64,000 bases of DNA from the NCBI GenBank assembly GCA_034667225.1, contig JAXDKG010000051.1, positions 106,657-170,656 on the forward strand, given 5' to 3'. A program made the position numbers and the translations under genes. Source of the DNA: Acidobacteriota bacterium (GTDB lineage Bacteria; Acidobacteriota; Thermoanaerobaculia; Multivoradales; UBA5704). Below the pieces are notes generated by a model. It saw only the letters and a program-made list of their open reading frames with translations, was not told the DNA's origin and made no database searches. Each line of letters begins with the position of its first letter. Positions within the stretch are counted from its first letter, which is position 1. Positions 47,827 through 57,297 of the stretch are shown in pieces.

Positions 47827-48109
47827 CTAGTGCTGGCCGTTCGGATCAATGTAGCCGCCACCCTCTCCGGTACCGGTGCCATGCGTCGAAGGCGGCGGGA
47901 TCGGAACCGTTCCACCGACGTTCTCCGTCACATGGAGGAACGAAACCGGACTCTCCAGCAGTGAAGCCACCCATTCCCACACTGCGACCAACATGCCAGG
48001 GCTCCGGTCGGCATTCCGGCCTTCCGAAGGGAGCGCGTGCGCCGCGCCGCTTCCCAGGAAAAGCGTCAGCATCACCAGCGCCAGCATGATTCGCACTTTA
48101 CGGGACATA
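47827..48109 (-). CDS. small secreted protein (94 aa)
   Basis: ATG at 48109 (complement); signal MSRKVRIMLALVMLTLFLGSGAAHA; Gly/Pro-rich tail; the track's 211-aa ORF extends upstream without support. Confidence 0.4.
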
Positions 48110-48301
48110 CAGGTCTCCTTACGGGATCTGAGTTTCCGGCCGCCCACCATGAGCTGTCCGGGTCGAATTCTATCGCCTTCTACAAGACATGAGTGCACCA
48201 TCGAGCCAAAAAGGAGCCAAGATGCCGAAACATTGATAGTCATCAATGCGTGTCGCCGGTCTGTCGCCGTACAGACTGTATTATTGGTATCATACACCTG
48301 A

Positions 48302-48742
48302 GTGAGCCGAAGCCTGCGCATCGACCCTGCCGATCCTCGGCCGATCTGGCGCCAGATCGAGGAGAACGTGCGCCATCTTGTCGCCTCCGGCGCCCTGGCC
48401 CTTGGGGCGCCGGTGCCGTCGGTGCGCGATCTCGCCCGAGATCTGCAGGTGAATCCGGCCACGGTCTCGAAGGCCTACCAGCGGCTGACGGACGCGGGGG
48501 TGCTCACGGTGAAGCGCGGGGAGGGGACGTACGTGAGCGACTCGCCGCCCGAGCTGTCGCCCAGGGAGAGAGGCAAGCGGATGCTGCAAGGCGCCGTGAG
48601 GTACGCGAGCCTGGCGGTGACCCTCGGCGCCGACCGCGAGGAGACAAAGGAGACGCTGGAGGACGCCTGGAGCAGCCTTGGCGCGGGTCCTCAGGAGCAG
48701 GAGGAAGAAGAGGAATGGACCTCGTCGCCATCGAAGAGCTGA
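48302..48742 (+). CDS. GntR-family transcriptional regulator (YtrA-like)
   Basis: GTG start; winged HTH SVRDLARDLQVNPATVSKAYQRLTDAGVLTVKRGEGTYV; short acidic C-terminus. Confidence 0.75.
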   Translation: MSRSLRIDPADPRPIWRQIEENVRHLVASGALALGAPVPSVRDLARDLQVNPATVSKAYQRLTDAGVLTVKRGEGTYVSDSPPELSPRERGKRMLQGAVRYASLAVTLGADREETKETLEDAWSSLGAGPQEQEEEEEWTSSPSKS

Positions 48743-49575
48743 GCGTCCGCTACGGCAGGAGGCTCGTGCTCGACCGGGTCTCGCTGTCGGTGCCGGAGGG
48801 CTCGGTGTACGTCCTCCTCGGCCGCAACGGCGCGGGCAAGAGCTCCCTCGTGCGCTGCCTGCTGGGGGAGCAGCGGCCGGGAGCGGGGAGCGTCCGCCTG
48901 CTGGGCGGAGACGTCTGGAGCGAGCGGGCCGCGCTCCTCCGCGAGGTCGGCGTCGTACCGGAGGAGCCCGACGCGCCGCCCTCGATGAACGCCCGCCAGC
49001 TCGCCCGTTTCTGCTCCGGCCTCTATCCCTCCTGGGACGACGCGGGCTTCGCGGCGCGGCTGGAGCGCTTCGGGGTCCCTCCCGGGCTCCCCTTCGGACA
49101 GCTCTCCAAGGGGCAGAAGGGGCAGGTGACCCTCTCCCTCGCTCTGGCGGGCTCTCCGCGGCTGCTCATCCTGGACGATCCCACCCTGGGCCTCGATCCC
49201 GTCGCCCGCCGCGCGGTTTTCGACGAGCTGATCGTGGACCTCGCCGACCGGGGCACGACGGTTTTCCTCACCAGCCACGACCTGGCGGGAGTCGAGGGGA
49301 TCGCGGACCGGGTCGGCGTCCTGCGCGGCGGCCAGCTCCTGGTGGACGAGGAGATGGACACCCTGAAGCAGCGGTTTCGCCGGCTCCGTCTCCCCGCGGA
49401 AAATGGACACAATCTGGAGGCGCTCGAGCCGGTCTCGGTCACGACCCGCGCCTGGGGCTCGGAGGTGGTGGTCTCCGCCTGGGACGAGTCTTTCGCGAAG
49501 GAGGACGTCGAGGTCTCGGCGATGACGCTGGAGGAGATCTTCCTCTCGCTGGTGGGCCAGGAGGGGGTGAAATGA
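48715..49575 (+). CDS. ABC transporter ATP-binding protein
   Basis: ATG 48715 overlaps the gntR end; Walker A GRNGAGKSS, signature LSKGQKGQ, Walker B LLILDDPT. Confidence 0.85.
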   Translation: MDLVAIEELSVRYGRRLVLDRVSLSVPEGSVYVLLGRNGAGKSSLVRCLLGEQRPGAGSVRLLGGDVWSERAALLREVGVVPEEPDAPPSMNARQLARFCSGLYPSWDDAGFAARLERFGVPPGLPFGQLSKGQKGQVTLSLALAGSPRLLILDDPTLGLDPVARRAVFDELIVDLADRGTTVFLTSHDLAGVEGIADRVGVLRGGQLLVDEEMDTLKQRFRRLRLPAENGHNLEALEPVSVTTRAWGSEVVVSAWDESFAKEDVEVSAMTLEEIFLSLVGQEGVK

Positions 49576-51503
49576 GATCGTTCGGTGCGGTCCTCCGGCG
49601 GGAGCTTGCCGAGCGCTGGCTGCTGGCGCTGGCCGCGGCTCTCCTGGGTCTCATCCCCCTGGCCGTGCCGTTCCTGCCGGTGGAGATTTCCCACTCGCCG
49701 GATGCGCGCTCCGGCACCGCGATCGCCCTGGCCATGATCGTCAGCTACGTCCTGGCCCTGGTGCTCGGGAGCACGGTGCTCGCCCGCGATCTGTCCGAGC
49801 GGCGCCTGGGGTTCTACTTCTCCCGTCCGCTGCCGGGCTGGGCGATCTGGGCGGGCAAGCTCGCTGGCGCCGCTCTCCTCGCCTTCGGCTCCGGGGTGCT
49901 GGTCCTCCTCCCGTCGCTGGCGCTCGGTGACCGCCCGGACCCGTCCGGCTCCTGGGGATGGGGGTTCGGCGGCGCCGCCGATTCCGCGCTGTCCTTCGCC
50001 CTCTGGGCCACGACCGTGCTGGCCCTGCTGCTGGCCGCCAACGCCTTCAGCACGATGGTGCGGTCGCGCTCGCCCTGGCTCCTGCTCGATCTGCTCGCCG
50101 GGACTCTGCTGGCGGGGCTCGTCGCGGTCGCCACGGCGCGCCTGCTCTCCGCCTGGGCGCTCGGCGCCCTGACCATGGCGTATTTCGCTCTGCTCGTCAC
50201 CGTCGTCCTCTGCTTTGCGGCGGCGAGCGCCGTCCAGGTGACGCGGGCCCGCACCGACCCGCGGCGCGGGCATCGGCTCCTCTCCCTCACCCTCTGGACC
50301 CTCCTGGGCTTCTCGGCCCTGGCTTTCGGCGGTTACGCGCAGTGGGTGCTCGCGGCTAGCCCTGAAGACCTGGTGGAGATCGGAGGAGTGGTCCCGGCGC
50401 CGGCGGGGGATTGGATCGCGCTCGGAGGCTCCACGGGGAAGCTACGCGGAGAATTCGAGCCCTTCTTCCTGCTGGACACATCCTCGGGCCGCTCCTTCCG
50501 GCTGCAGGCGCATGCCACGGACTGGGGCGGTTTCGCCTTCTCGAGCGACGGCCGCCACGCCGCCTGGACGGAGATGGCCGGCCGCGGCGCTTCTCAGGTA
50601 ACGATCCACCGGCTGGACCTCGGCCGCCCGGGAGCCGAGCCTGCAGCGACCCCCATCGGCTTCTCGGATCATTTCCCGTACTCCCTCGTCCTCTCCCCGG
50701 ACGGGAGGAGGATGGCCTGCATCATCGACGAGCGCATCGTCGCGCAGGAGATGGGGAACGGGCGGCTGCTTCTGGCAACCCCGATGCCGGCCGGAGAGTC
50801 CTGGGGCGCTGACCGCCTGCGCTTCCTCGACCCGCGGACGCTCCGCTGGTATGGCACCCGGAGGGGCGGCCGTCTCCAGGGAGGGCAGGGCGAGCTCCGG
50901 GCCGTGGACTTCGATCTGGGCACGGGCCGGATCGTCCGCGAGATCCGGTTGCCCGGAAAAGACAAGTCCATCCGGGGGATCAGCCCGGATGGGCAGAGTG
51001 TCCTCCTCAAAAGCCGGGCGCTGGAGCCGACCGGCGAGGAGATCGCCGTCGTGGACCTCCGCACCGGAGAGCCCCCGGTCAACATCCTGATGAAGGGCGT
51101 CCAGAGCGGGCTCTCCTTCCTGCCGGATGGCCGCGTGGTGGTCGCCCGGCGGAACCGGGACCGGATCGAGCTGCGTGTCCTGAACGGCCGCGGCGCGGAG
51201 CTGAAGCGTTTCCTCCTCCCCGGCCGCCGTGTCCGGCTCGGAGGCCAGCCGGCTCCCGGGCTCCTCGCTCTGGTGACCACGCGGGAGCCGTCCGAGAAGA
51301 CGTGGCGGAGCGATCTCCTGGACCTGGAGAGCGGCGCCCTGCGTCCGATCGGTGAAGGAATGTTCCCGCAAAGCTGGCCGAGCCTGCCGCCGGGGAGCAT
51401 CGGGACCCAGCTCTTTGTCCAGGAGAAGGGCGGGCTCGTCCGGATCGATCCCGTGACCGGCCGCCAGCGCGTGATCCTGCACCCCGAAAAAACCAACGGG
51501 TAG
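49572..51503 (+). CDS. ABC-2 type permease fused to a C-terminal beta-propeller-like domain
   Basis: ATG overlaps the ATPase stop (ATGA); ~270 aa with 6 TM helices, then ~370 aa rich in periplasmic propeller-like repeats (TolB/WD40-like); typical GntR-ABC-permease operon. Confidence 0.7.
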   Translation: MRSFGAVLRRELAERWLLALAAALLGLIPLAVPFLPVEISHSPDARSGTAIALAMIVSYVLALVLGSTVLARDLSERRLGFYFSRPLPGWAIWAGKLAGAALLAFGSGVLVLLPSLALGDRPDPSGSWGWGFGGAADSALSFALWATTVLALLLAANAFSTMVRSRSPWLLLDLLAGTLLAGLVAVATARLLSAWALGALTMAYFALLVTVVLCFAAASAVQVTRARTDPRRGHRLLSLTLWTLLGFSALAFGGYAQWVLAASPEDLVEIGGVVPAPAGDWIALGGSTGKLRGEFEPFFLLDTSSGRSFRLQAHATDWGGFAFSSDGRHAAWTEMAGRGASQVTIHRLDLGRPGAEPAATPIGFSDHFPYSLVLSPDGRRMACIIDERIVAQEMGNGRLLLATPMPAGESWGADRLRFLDPRTLRWYGTRRGGRLQGGQGELRAVDFDLGTGRIVREIRLPGKDKSIRGISPDGQSVLLKSRALEPTGEEIAVVDLRTGEPPVNILMKGVQSGLSFLPDGRVVVARRNRDRIELRVLNGRGAELKRFLLPGRRVRLGGQPAPGLLALVTTREPSEKTWRSDLLDLESGALRPIGEGMFPQSWPSLPPGSIGTQLFVQEKGGLVRIDPVTGRQRVILHPEKTNG

Positions 51504-51754
51504 ACCCCTCAAACCACTCGTTTGAGAGAGCTACCCAGTGGGTAGACGCCTCAAACGACTCGTTTGAGCCGCCAACTCAGCCGTTTGAGCCGCCAACCAC
51601 TCGTTTGAGCCGGCAACCCGCTCGTTTGCGCGAGCTACTCAGTGGGTAGACGCCTCAAACGACTCGTTTGAGCCGCCAACTCAGCCGTTTGAGCCGCCAA
51701 TCACTCGTTTGAGCCGGCAACCCGCTCGTTTGCGCGAGCTACCCAGTGGGTACC
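51498..51754. repeat. tandem direct repeat, 104-bp unit x ~2.5, with nested palindromes
   Basis: units begin GAGCTAC(C/T)CAGTGGGTAGACGCCTCAAACGACTCGTTTGAGCC… at 51528, 51632 and 51736 (partial); each unit has palindromes CTACCCA-G-TGGGTAG and CTCAAACG-ACT-CGTTTGAG plus 3 copies of the sub-repeat CTCGTTTGAGCCGCCAA. Confidence 0.8.
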
Positions 51755-51811
51755 AGGCATCTGTAACCAATCTGCCTCTCGCGACTCTGTTCGCTTGGAA
51801 GGAGATTGGTC

Positions 51812-53101
51812 ATGCAACTGAAAAAGAGCATCGGTTTGGGGATCATGGCGCTCGCCGCCGTCGCCTACGGCTCCACTCTGGATTCCACTGCGGAGACCGC
51901 CAAGGCCGATCCAGTCCTGCGTAGCGCCAAGGGGATGATCGAGAGGGGGCGCCAGACCTTCCGCCATGACACGCTGGGAAGCGAGTCTTTCTTCTCCGGG
52001 GCCATCCGGCTCAACGAGGCCATCCAGACCGTCACCCCCCGGACCGCCCTCGCCGTGGGGCTCAAGGTGGATTCCGCGGCCCTGCCGCAGGAGCTGATCC
52101 GCGCCATCAAGAAAGGCAAGGTCGACCTGGACGATCCCGCGACCACGGCGGCCCTGCTCTCCCTCGGCGCGGTGGTCGGCGTTGAGTCGGAAGTGGGGAA
52201 GGATGGATCGATCCGCAACCTGGGGATCACCTGCGGTTTCTGCCACTCCACCGTGGACGATTCGGTGGCGCCGGGGATCGGCCAGCGGCTCGACGGCTGG
52301 GCCAACCGGGACCTCAATGTGGGCGCGATCCTGAACCTGGCGCCCAACCTCCAGCCCGTGGCCGACCTGCTGGGAGTGGACGTGCCCACCGTCAAGACGG
52401 TGCTCCAGAGCTGGGGGCCGGGCCGGTTCGATGCCCATCTGAACCTGGACGGCAAGGCTTTCCGGCCGGACGGCAAGACCGCGGCGGTGCTGATCCCGCC
52501 GGCCTTCGGGCTCGCCGGGGTGAATCTCCACACCTATGAAGGCTGGGGCTCGGTGACCTACTGGAACGCCTTCGTGGGCAACCTGGAGATGAACGGCAAG
52601 GGGACCTTCTTCGATCCCCGCCTCGACGACCCGGTCAAGCACCCGGTGGCCTCCCACAACGGCTTCGCGGACGTCCGCAACGAGCCGGACCTGATCACGC
52701 CGAAGCTGGCCGACCTCCACTTCTACCAGCTCGCCCTCACCGCCCCAGTTCCCCCGGCGGGCAGCTTCGACGAGGGAGGCGCGCGCCGCGGCCGCATCCT
52801 GTTCGCGGGCAAGGCGCAGTGCGGGACCTGCCACGTAGCGCCCCTGTTCACCGAGCCTGGCTGGAATCTTCACAAGCCGGAGGAGATCGGGATCGACGCC
52901 TTCCAGGCAGACCGCGGGCCCGAGGGCCGCTACCGCACCACCCCGCTCAAGGGGCTCTGGACCCACACGAAGGGCGGCTTCTACCACGACGGACGCTTCC
53001 CCACGCTGCTCGACGTCGTGAGCCACTACGATGGATTCCTGAAGCTGGGGCTGTCGCAGGGAGAGAAGGAGGATCTGGTCGAGTACCTGAAGTCGCTCTA
53101 G
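51812..53101 (+). CDS. c-type cytochrome with two CxxCH haem-binding motifs (di-haem cytochrome c peroxidase-like family)
   Basis: GGAGATTGG RBS then ATG 51812; signal peptide; CGFCH and CGTCH motifs. Confidence 0.55.
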   Translation: MQLKKSIGLGIMALAAVAYGSTLDSTAETAKADPVLRSAKGMIERGRQTFRHDTLGSESFFSGAIRLNEAIQTVTPRTALAVGLKVDSAALPQELIRAIKKGKVDLDDPATTAALLSLGAVVGVESEVGKDGSIRNLGITCGFCHSTVDDSVAPGIGQRLDGWANRDLNVGAILNLAPNLQPVADLLGVDVPTVKTVLQSWGPGRFDAHLNLDGKAFRPDGKTAAVLIPPAFGLAGVNLHTYEGWGSVTYWNAFVGNLEMNGKGTFFDPRLDDPVKHPVASHNGFADVRNEPDLITPKLADLHFYQLALTAPVPPAGSFDEGGARRGRILFAGKAQCGTCHVAPLFTEPGWNLHKPEEIGIDAFQADRGPEGRYRTTPLKGLWTHTKGGFYHDGRFPTLLDVVSHYDGFLKLGLSQGEKEDLVEYLKSL

Positions 53102-53119
53102 AGCGTAAGATCCCGCCCC

Positions 53120-53359
53120 GTGGCGTTCCTCTACATCCTCCGCTGCGGGGACGGCTCTCTCTACACCGGCATCGCGCTCGACCTGGAGCGCCGGCTGGCT
53201 CAGCACCAGGCGGGAAAGGCCTCGCGATACACTCGTTCCCGCCTGCCGGTCTCCCTGGTCTGGTCGCGGGAGATCGGCTCCTGGAGCGAGGCGCTGCGCG
53301 AAGAGCTGCGCATCAAACGCCTGAGCCGCGCCGCGAAAGAGGCGCTTGTGAGAGAGTAA
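53120..53359 (+). CDS. GIY-YIG nuclease-domain protein (79 aa)
   Basis: AFLYILRCGDGSLYTGIALDLERRLAQHQ… GIY-YIG (URI) motif. Confidence 0.6.
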   Translation: MAFLYILRCGDGSLYTGIALDLERRLAQHQAGKASRYTRSRLPVSLVWSREIGSWSEALREELRIKRLSRAAKEALVRE

Positions 53360-53366
53360 GCCCAGG

Positions 53367-54173
53367 ATGTACAACGACTTCTATGGCTTCCGGGAAGCGC
53401 CGTTCAACATCACGCCCGATCCGCGCTTCCTGTTCTTCAGCGATCGGCACCGCGAGGCGTACAACCACATCCTGTTCGGGCTGCGGGAGCGCAAGGGATT
53501 CATCCAGGTCACGGGCGAAGTGGGAGCGGGCAAGACCACGGTCTGCCGCGCCCTGCTGGAAGAGCTCGGGCCCCAGTACCGGACGGCGCTGATCCTCAAC
53601 CCCCTCCTGACCGGCGATCAGCTCCTGCGCAGCATCCTGATCGAGCTCGGGCTGGAGCCGTCGGACGACAGAGTCACGGCTTTGCAGAGACTCAATCAAT
53701 TCCTCTTGGACCAGCTCGCCGAGGGCAACGACGTGGTGCTCCTGATCGACGAGGCCCAGGACCTGAGCTTCGACCTGCTGGAGCAGATCCGCCTGCTCTC
53801 GAACCTGGAGACCGACCAGCGCAAGCTGCTGCAGATCGTGCTCCTCGGCCAGCCCGAGCTGCGGGAGAAGCTGGACGATCCGCGCCTGCGCCAGCTCCGG
53901 CAGCGGATCACGGTGCGCTACCACCTGGCGCCGCTCTCGCGCCAGGAGGTGGAGCAATACATCCAGCATCGTCTCCAGGTGGTGGGGGCGAACGGCCGGC
54001 CGAGCTTCAACCGCTGGGCGCTCGGCAGCATCTACCGCTACTCCGGGGGCGTGCCGCGGCTGGTCAACGCCGTCTGTGACAAGGCGCTCCTCTGCGGCTA
54101 TGTCGAGGGGGAAGACCACCTGACCTGGCGGCACGTGAGGCGGGCCATCCGCGAGCTGGAGGGAAACTTTTGA
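53367..54173 (+). CDS. ExeA/GspA-like AAA ATPase
   Basis: 268 aa; Walker A GEVGAGKTT, Walker B VLLIDEAQ; ExeA-type N-terminus FGFREAPFNITPDPRFLFFSDRHREAYNHI. Confidence 0.75.
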   Translation: MYNDFYGFREAPFNITPDPRFLFFSDRHREAYNHILFGLRERKGFIQVTGEVGAGKTTVCRALLEELGPQYRTALILNPLLTGDQLLRSILIELGLEPSDDRVTALQRLNQFLLDQLAEGNDVVLLIDEAQDLSFDLLEQIRLLSNLETDQRKLLQIVLLGQPELREKLDDPRLRQLRQRITVRYHLAPLSRQEVEQYIQHRLQVVGANGRPSFNRWALGSIYRYSGGVPRLVNAVCDKALLCGYVEGEDHLTWRHVRRAIRELEGNF

Positions 54174-54880
54174 GCCTGATCGACGAGGCGCTGAGGCGCG
54201 CGCGCCAGCAAGCCGCCCACCAGGACGCGGCGAAACGGGACGAGCCCTACCGGCACGTGCCGGTGCTCCCGCCCATGGCATCGAGGAAGCGCTCCGGGCT
54301 CAATCCCGCCCTGATCGGAGCGGCCGTGGCTCTCCTCGTGGTCGCCGGAATCGCGTTCGGAGTCTACCTGGGCCGCGGAAGCTCGCCGGAGCCCCAGCCC
54401 CGGATCGCCGAAGCTCCTTCCATCCCGCCGGTTCCCACCCCCGAGCCCCAGCGGCCGGTCACGGTGCAGGAGGAAATACCGGAAGAGACGCCGAAGCCGA
54501 AGCCCGAGCCGACTCCCGCGCCCGTAGTCATCGCTCCGATCCCGGCCCCGCCGGCTCCGGAGCCTGAGCCCACCGCGGAGCCTGTCGCACAGGAGCCCCT
54601 TCCGCCTCCGACCCCGGCTCCCACCCCGGAGCCCACTCCGAAGCCAGTACCGATTCCCGCGCCCGAGGTCCGGACCTACGTCCGCGAGATCCCCCTTCCT
54701 GAGGGCGGATCGCTGCGCCTGAACGGCATCGCCTTCTCGGCGTCCCAGCCCGTGGCGCTGATCAACGACAAGGTCCTAACCAAGGGCGAGAGCTATCAGG
54801 GCTTCCTGGTGACCGACATCAAGGCCAACCTGGTCGAGCTGCGGAACAACGGGACGATCGTCCGGGTGACCTTGAAATGA
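54170..54880 (+). CDS. GspB/ExeB-like membrane protein with Pro-rich periplasmic linker
   Basis: 236 aa; cytoplasmic N-terminus, single TM (ALIGAAVALLVVAGIAFGVYL), ~100-aa PEPTPAP-rich linker, conserved C-terminal beta region; gene-coupled to the exeA-like gene. Confidence 0.5.
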   Translation: MSLIDEALRRARQQAAHQDAAKRDEPYRHVPVLPPMASRKRSGLNPALIGAAVALLVVAGIAFGVYLGRGSSPEPQPRIAEAPSIPPVPTPEPQRPVTVQEEIPEETPKPKPEPTPAPVVIAPIPAPPAPEPEPTAEPVAQEPLPPPTPAPTPEPTPKPVPIPAPEVRTYVREIPLPEGGSLRLNGIAFSASQPVALINDKVLTKGESYQGFLVTDIKANLVELRNNGTIVRVTLK

Positions 54881-55518
54881 CCTTCGAGGTGAAGCACGAG
54901 CTACCCGGTTGGGAGCTGCTCTGGCTCCGGCTGCGGCTCCGTCCGGGGCACGACGAGGAGCTAGCCAATCTCCGCGAGGAAGTGGCCGCGGTCGCCCGGG
55001 CCAACTTCGAGGGGGACAGCCTGTCCTCCGATCCCGTCGTGGCCGGAGTGCGGGCCCTGTTCCGGGCCGCCGGCTGCGATCCGACCCGCTACCGTCCGTC
55101 GTCCGAGGCGCTTCTGAGGAGACTGCTCAAAGGGGAAGAGCTGCCGGCGATCCACCCCTTCGTGGACCTCAACAACTGCCTCTCGGTGGAGCTGGCCGTG
55201 CCCTGCTGCGCCTCGGCCGATGGGACCTTCACGCCGCCGGTTACCCTGCGGGCCGGCCGGCCGGGCGAGACGGTCCAGTCGCTTCGAGGCCCCTTCAACC
55301 TGGAAGGCAAGCCATTGCTGGAAGATTCGCAAGGCGCCTTCAGCACGCCGATCACGGACAGCGAGAGGGTACGGGTGCACGAGGGGACCGAGCGCGCCTG
55401 GATGGTGGTCTATCTCCCCCAGGGGAAGATGGATGCCGCCGCCGCCCGTGCGCGGCTCGACGAGCTGCTCAGGAAAGCGCCGGTGGCGGAGGTGGAAGAG
55501 GCCGGAGTGTCAGGCTAG
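54877..55518 (+). CDS. B3/B4 tRNA-binding-domain-like protein
   Basis: 213 aa; by-eye similarity to the B3/4 domain family (phenylalanyl-tRNA ligase beta-like). Confidence 0.4.
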   Translation: MTFEVKHELPGWELLWLRLRLRPGHDEELANLREEVAAVARANFEGDSLSSDPVVAGVRALFRAAGCDPTRYRPSSEALLRRLLKGEELPAIHPFVDLNNCLSVELAVPCCASADGTFTPPVTLRAGRPGETVQSLRGPFNLEGKPLLEDSQGAFSTPITDSERVRVHEGTERAWMVVYLPQGKMDAAAARARLDELLRKAPVAEVEEAGVSG

Positions 55519-55932
55519 CCGTTCCATCAGAGCCTTGAAGCTGGGAGCGATCTCCTCTTCACCTTGCATCACCGGGCAATCCCGGTCGATTCGCCGCCGC
55601 TCCGTATCGAAGCACACCATGGCCCCGTCCGGTCCGGCTGCGAAAGGGATGAATCCACCCTCGAATCCGGCGATCTCCCGCTCCATGGGATTGGGGAGCA
55701 GCCTGAACGGACCAAGGTCGACCTCCTCCTCCCATTCATAGGCGGTGACGAGCTGTTCGAAGAGGGGTGGGAAGCGTCCCGGCAGCTTGGCGTAGACGGA
55801 ATCCAGGACCTCGCGGCCGGCGATCACGGCCCGTGGAGACAGGCCGAACGCCGTCGCGAAGCGTTTGAGCAGCGCGGCGTCTCCGAGCCTGCCGAACGGC
55901 ACCCGGGCCGCCGCTGAGGACGAGCCAGCCAT
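55510..55932 (-). CDS. SMI1/KNR4 (SUKH-superfamily) immunity-type protein
   Basis: 140 aa; …KLPGRFPPLFEQLVTAYEWEE… and C-terminal GGFIPFAAGPDGAMVCFD match the SUKH-1 pattern. Confidence 0.5.
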   Translation of the reverse strand: MAGSSSAAARVPFGRLGDAALLKRFATAFGLSPRAVIAGREVLDSVYAKLPGRFPPLFEQLVTAYEWEEEVDLGPFRLLPNPMEREIAGFEGGFIPFAAGPDGAMVCFDTERRRIDRDCPVMQGEEEIAPSFKALMERLA

Positions 55933-55988
55933 GAACTTTTCCTTGTCAGATCCAAAATCGCTGGGGGTATCTTGCCAGACTCGGGGCG

Positions 55989-56798
55989 TCAGCGCCAGAC
56001 GGCTTCGCGGCCCGTGCCGGCCCGGCCGTGGCGCTCGAGGTAGTCGTCGATCAGCGCGCGGGCGATGCTCAGCCCGGGCGGGATGAGGGGCAGGTCGTCG
56101 AGCGTGAACCAGCGGGCGTCCTCGATCTCGGTGGGATCGATGCGCACCTCGCCGCTAGCGTAGCGAGCCGTGAAGCCGATCATGAGGGAATTGGGGAAGG
56201 GCCACGGCTGGCTGCCGAAGTAGCGAATGTCGCGGAGCTCGACCCCGACCTCCTCGCGGACCTCGCGAGCCACCGCCTCCTCGAGCGACTCCCCCGGCTC
56301 CACGAAGCCGGCAATGGTGCTGTAGACCCCGGGAACGAAATGAGGGGACCGGGCGAGGAGGGCGCGCCCCTCGTCGTCTTCCACGAGCGTGATGACAGCG
56401 GGGGAGAGCCGGGGGAAGTGCTGCAATCCGCAGCTCGGGCACGTGCGCGACCGTTCGGAGGGTTGGGCAGCGGTGGGGGTGCCGCACCGGCCGCAGAACC
56501 GGTGATTGCGGTCCCACTCCACGATCTGAACCGCCCGCCCCGCGAGCTTCCAGGCCTCCTCATCGAGGCATCCCCACAGCTTGCGCAGTCCGATGAGCGC
56601 CATCCCTTCGGGCAGAGGCATCTCCGGATCGAGCCCCACAGCGTACGCAGCGCTCCCACGCAGCTCGCCCACGAGATGCGGCTCCTCCGCGGAGATCCCG
56701 AGCGCCGCCCACTCCTCCGCGCTCGGCAGCGCCGCCGTCCTCTCCTCGATGCGGACCAGCAGATCCTGCCCGCGAAACGCGAACCACGTCGTCTCCAA
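55989..56798 (-). CDS. nudC: NAD(+) diphosphatase (NADH pyrophosphatase), Nudix family with zinc ribbon
   Basis: 269 aa; zinc ribbon CGRCG…CPSCG; Nudix box GFVEPGESLEEAVAREVREEVGV. Confidence 0.8.
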   Translation of the reverse strand: METTWFAFRGQDLLVRIEERTAALPSAEEWAALGISAEEPHLVGELRGSAAYAVGLDPEMPLPEGMALIGLRKLWGCLDEEAWKLAGRAVQIVEWDRNHRFCGRCGTPTAAQPSERSRTCPSCGLQHFPRLSPAVITLVEDDEGRALLARSPHFVPGVYSTIAGFVEPGESLEEAVAREVREEVGVELRDIRYFGSQPWPFPNSLMIGFTARYASGEVRIDPTEIEDARWFTLDDLPLIPPGLSIARALIDDYLERHGRAGTGREAVWR

Positions 56799-56800
56799 AG

Positions 56801-57217
56801 CTACAGCCCCAGCAGGTACTCCGCGAACACCTCGTTGAAGAGCGCCCCGGGGCGCCGGTCGCGGAGGAGGCGGACGGCTTCCGGCCCGGGCACTCCCAGG
56901 TGGTGGAGGATCAGGCCCGCTACCAGCGCGGAACGGTTGTAGCCCATGCCGCAGTGGGAGAGCACTCTGTGCCCGGCTTCTACCATCGAGGCGCCGAGCC
57001 GGGACACTGCCTGGAGCTTGTGCATGTCCGGCAAATCTTCGTCGTAGATTGGATAGTAGATATACAGGACGTGGTTCGGCATCGTCGGAATGCAGTGGTC
57101 GAGATCCCCTTCGAGATCGATCACCACCGTGATCTCGTGCTTTGCCACCTCCTCCCAGTCGTCGATCTTCGGGGAGAGGTACAGACAGCCCTTTTCGTCG
57201 AGGCAGATGATGTCCAT
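56801..57217 (-). CDS. dual-specificity protein phosphatase
   Basis: 138 aa; active-site HCGMGYNRS (CX5R). Confidence 0.75.
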   Translation of the reverse strand: MDIICLDEKGCLYLSPKIDDWEEVAKHEITVVIDLEGDLDHCIPTMPNHVLYIYYPIYDEDLPDMHKLQAVSRLGASMVEAGHRVLSHCGMGYNRSALVAGLILHHLGVPGPEAVRLLRDRRPGALFNEVFAEYLLGL

Positions 57218-57297
57218 GGACGTCCTCCGGGAGGAGAGTCTAATTCACTCCTGCTTTGGAGTAAGCTGTTCCTGCAAATCTACGAGGAGGATGTGCC

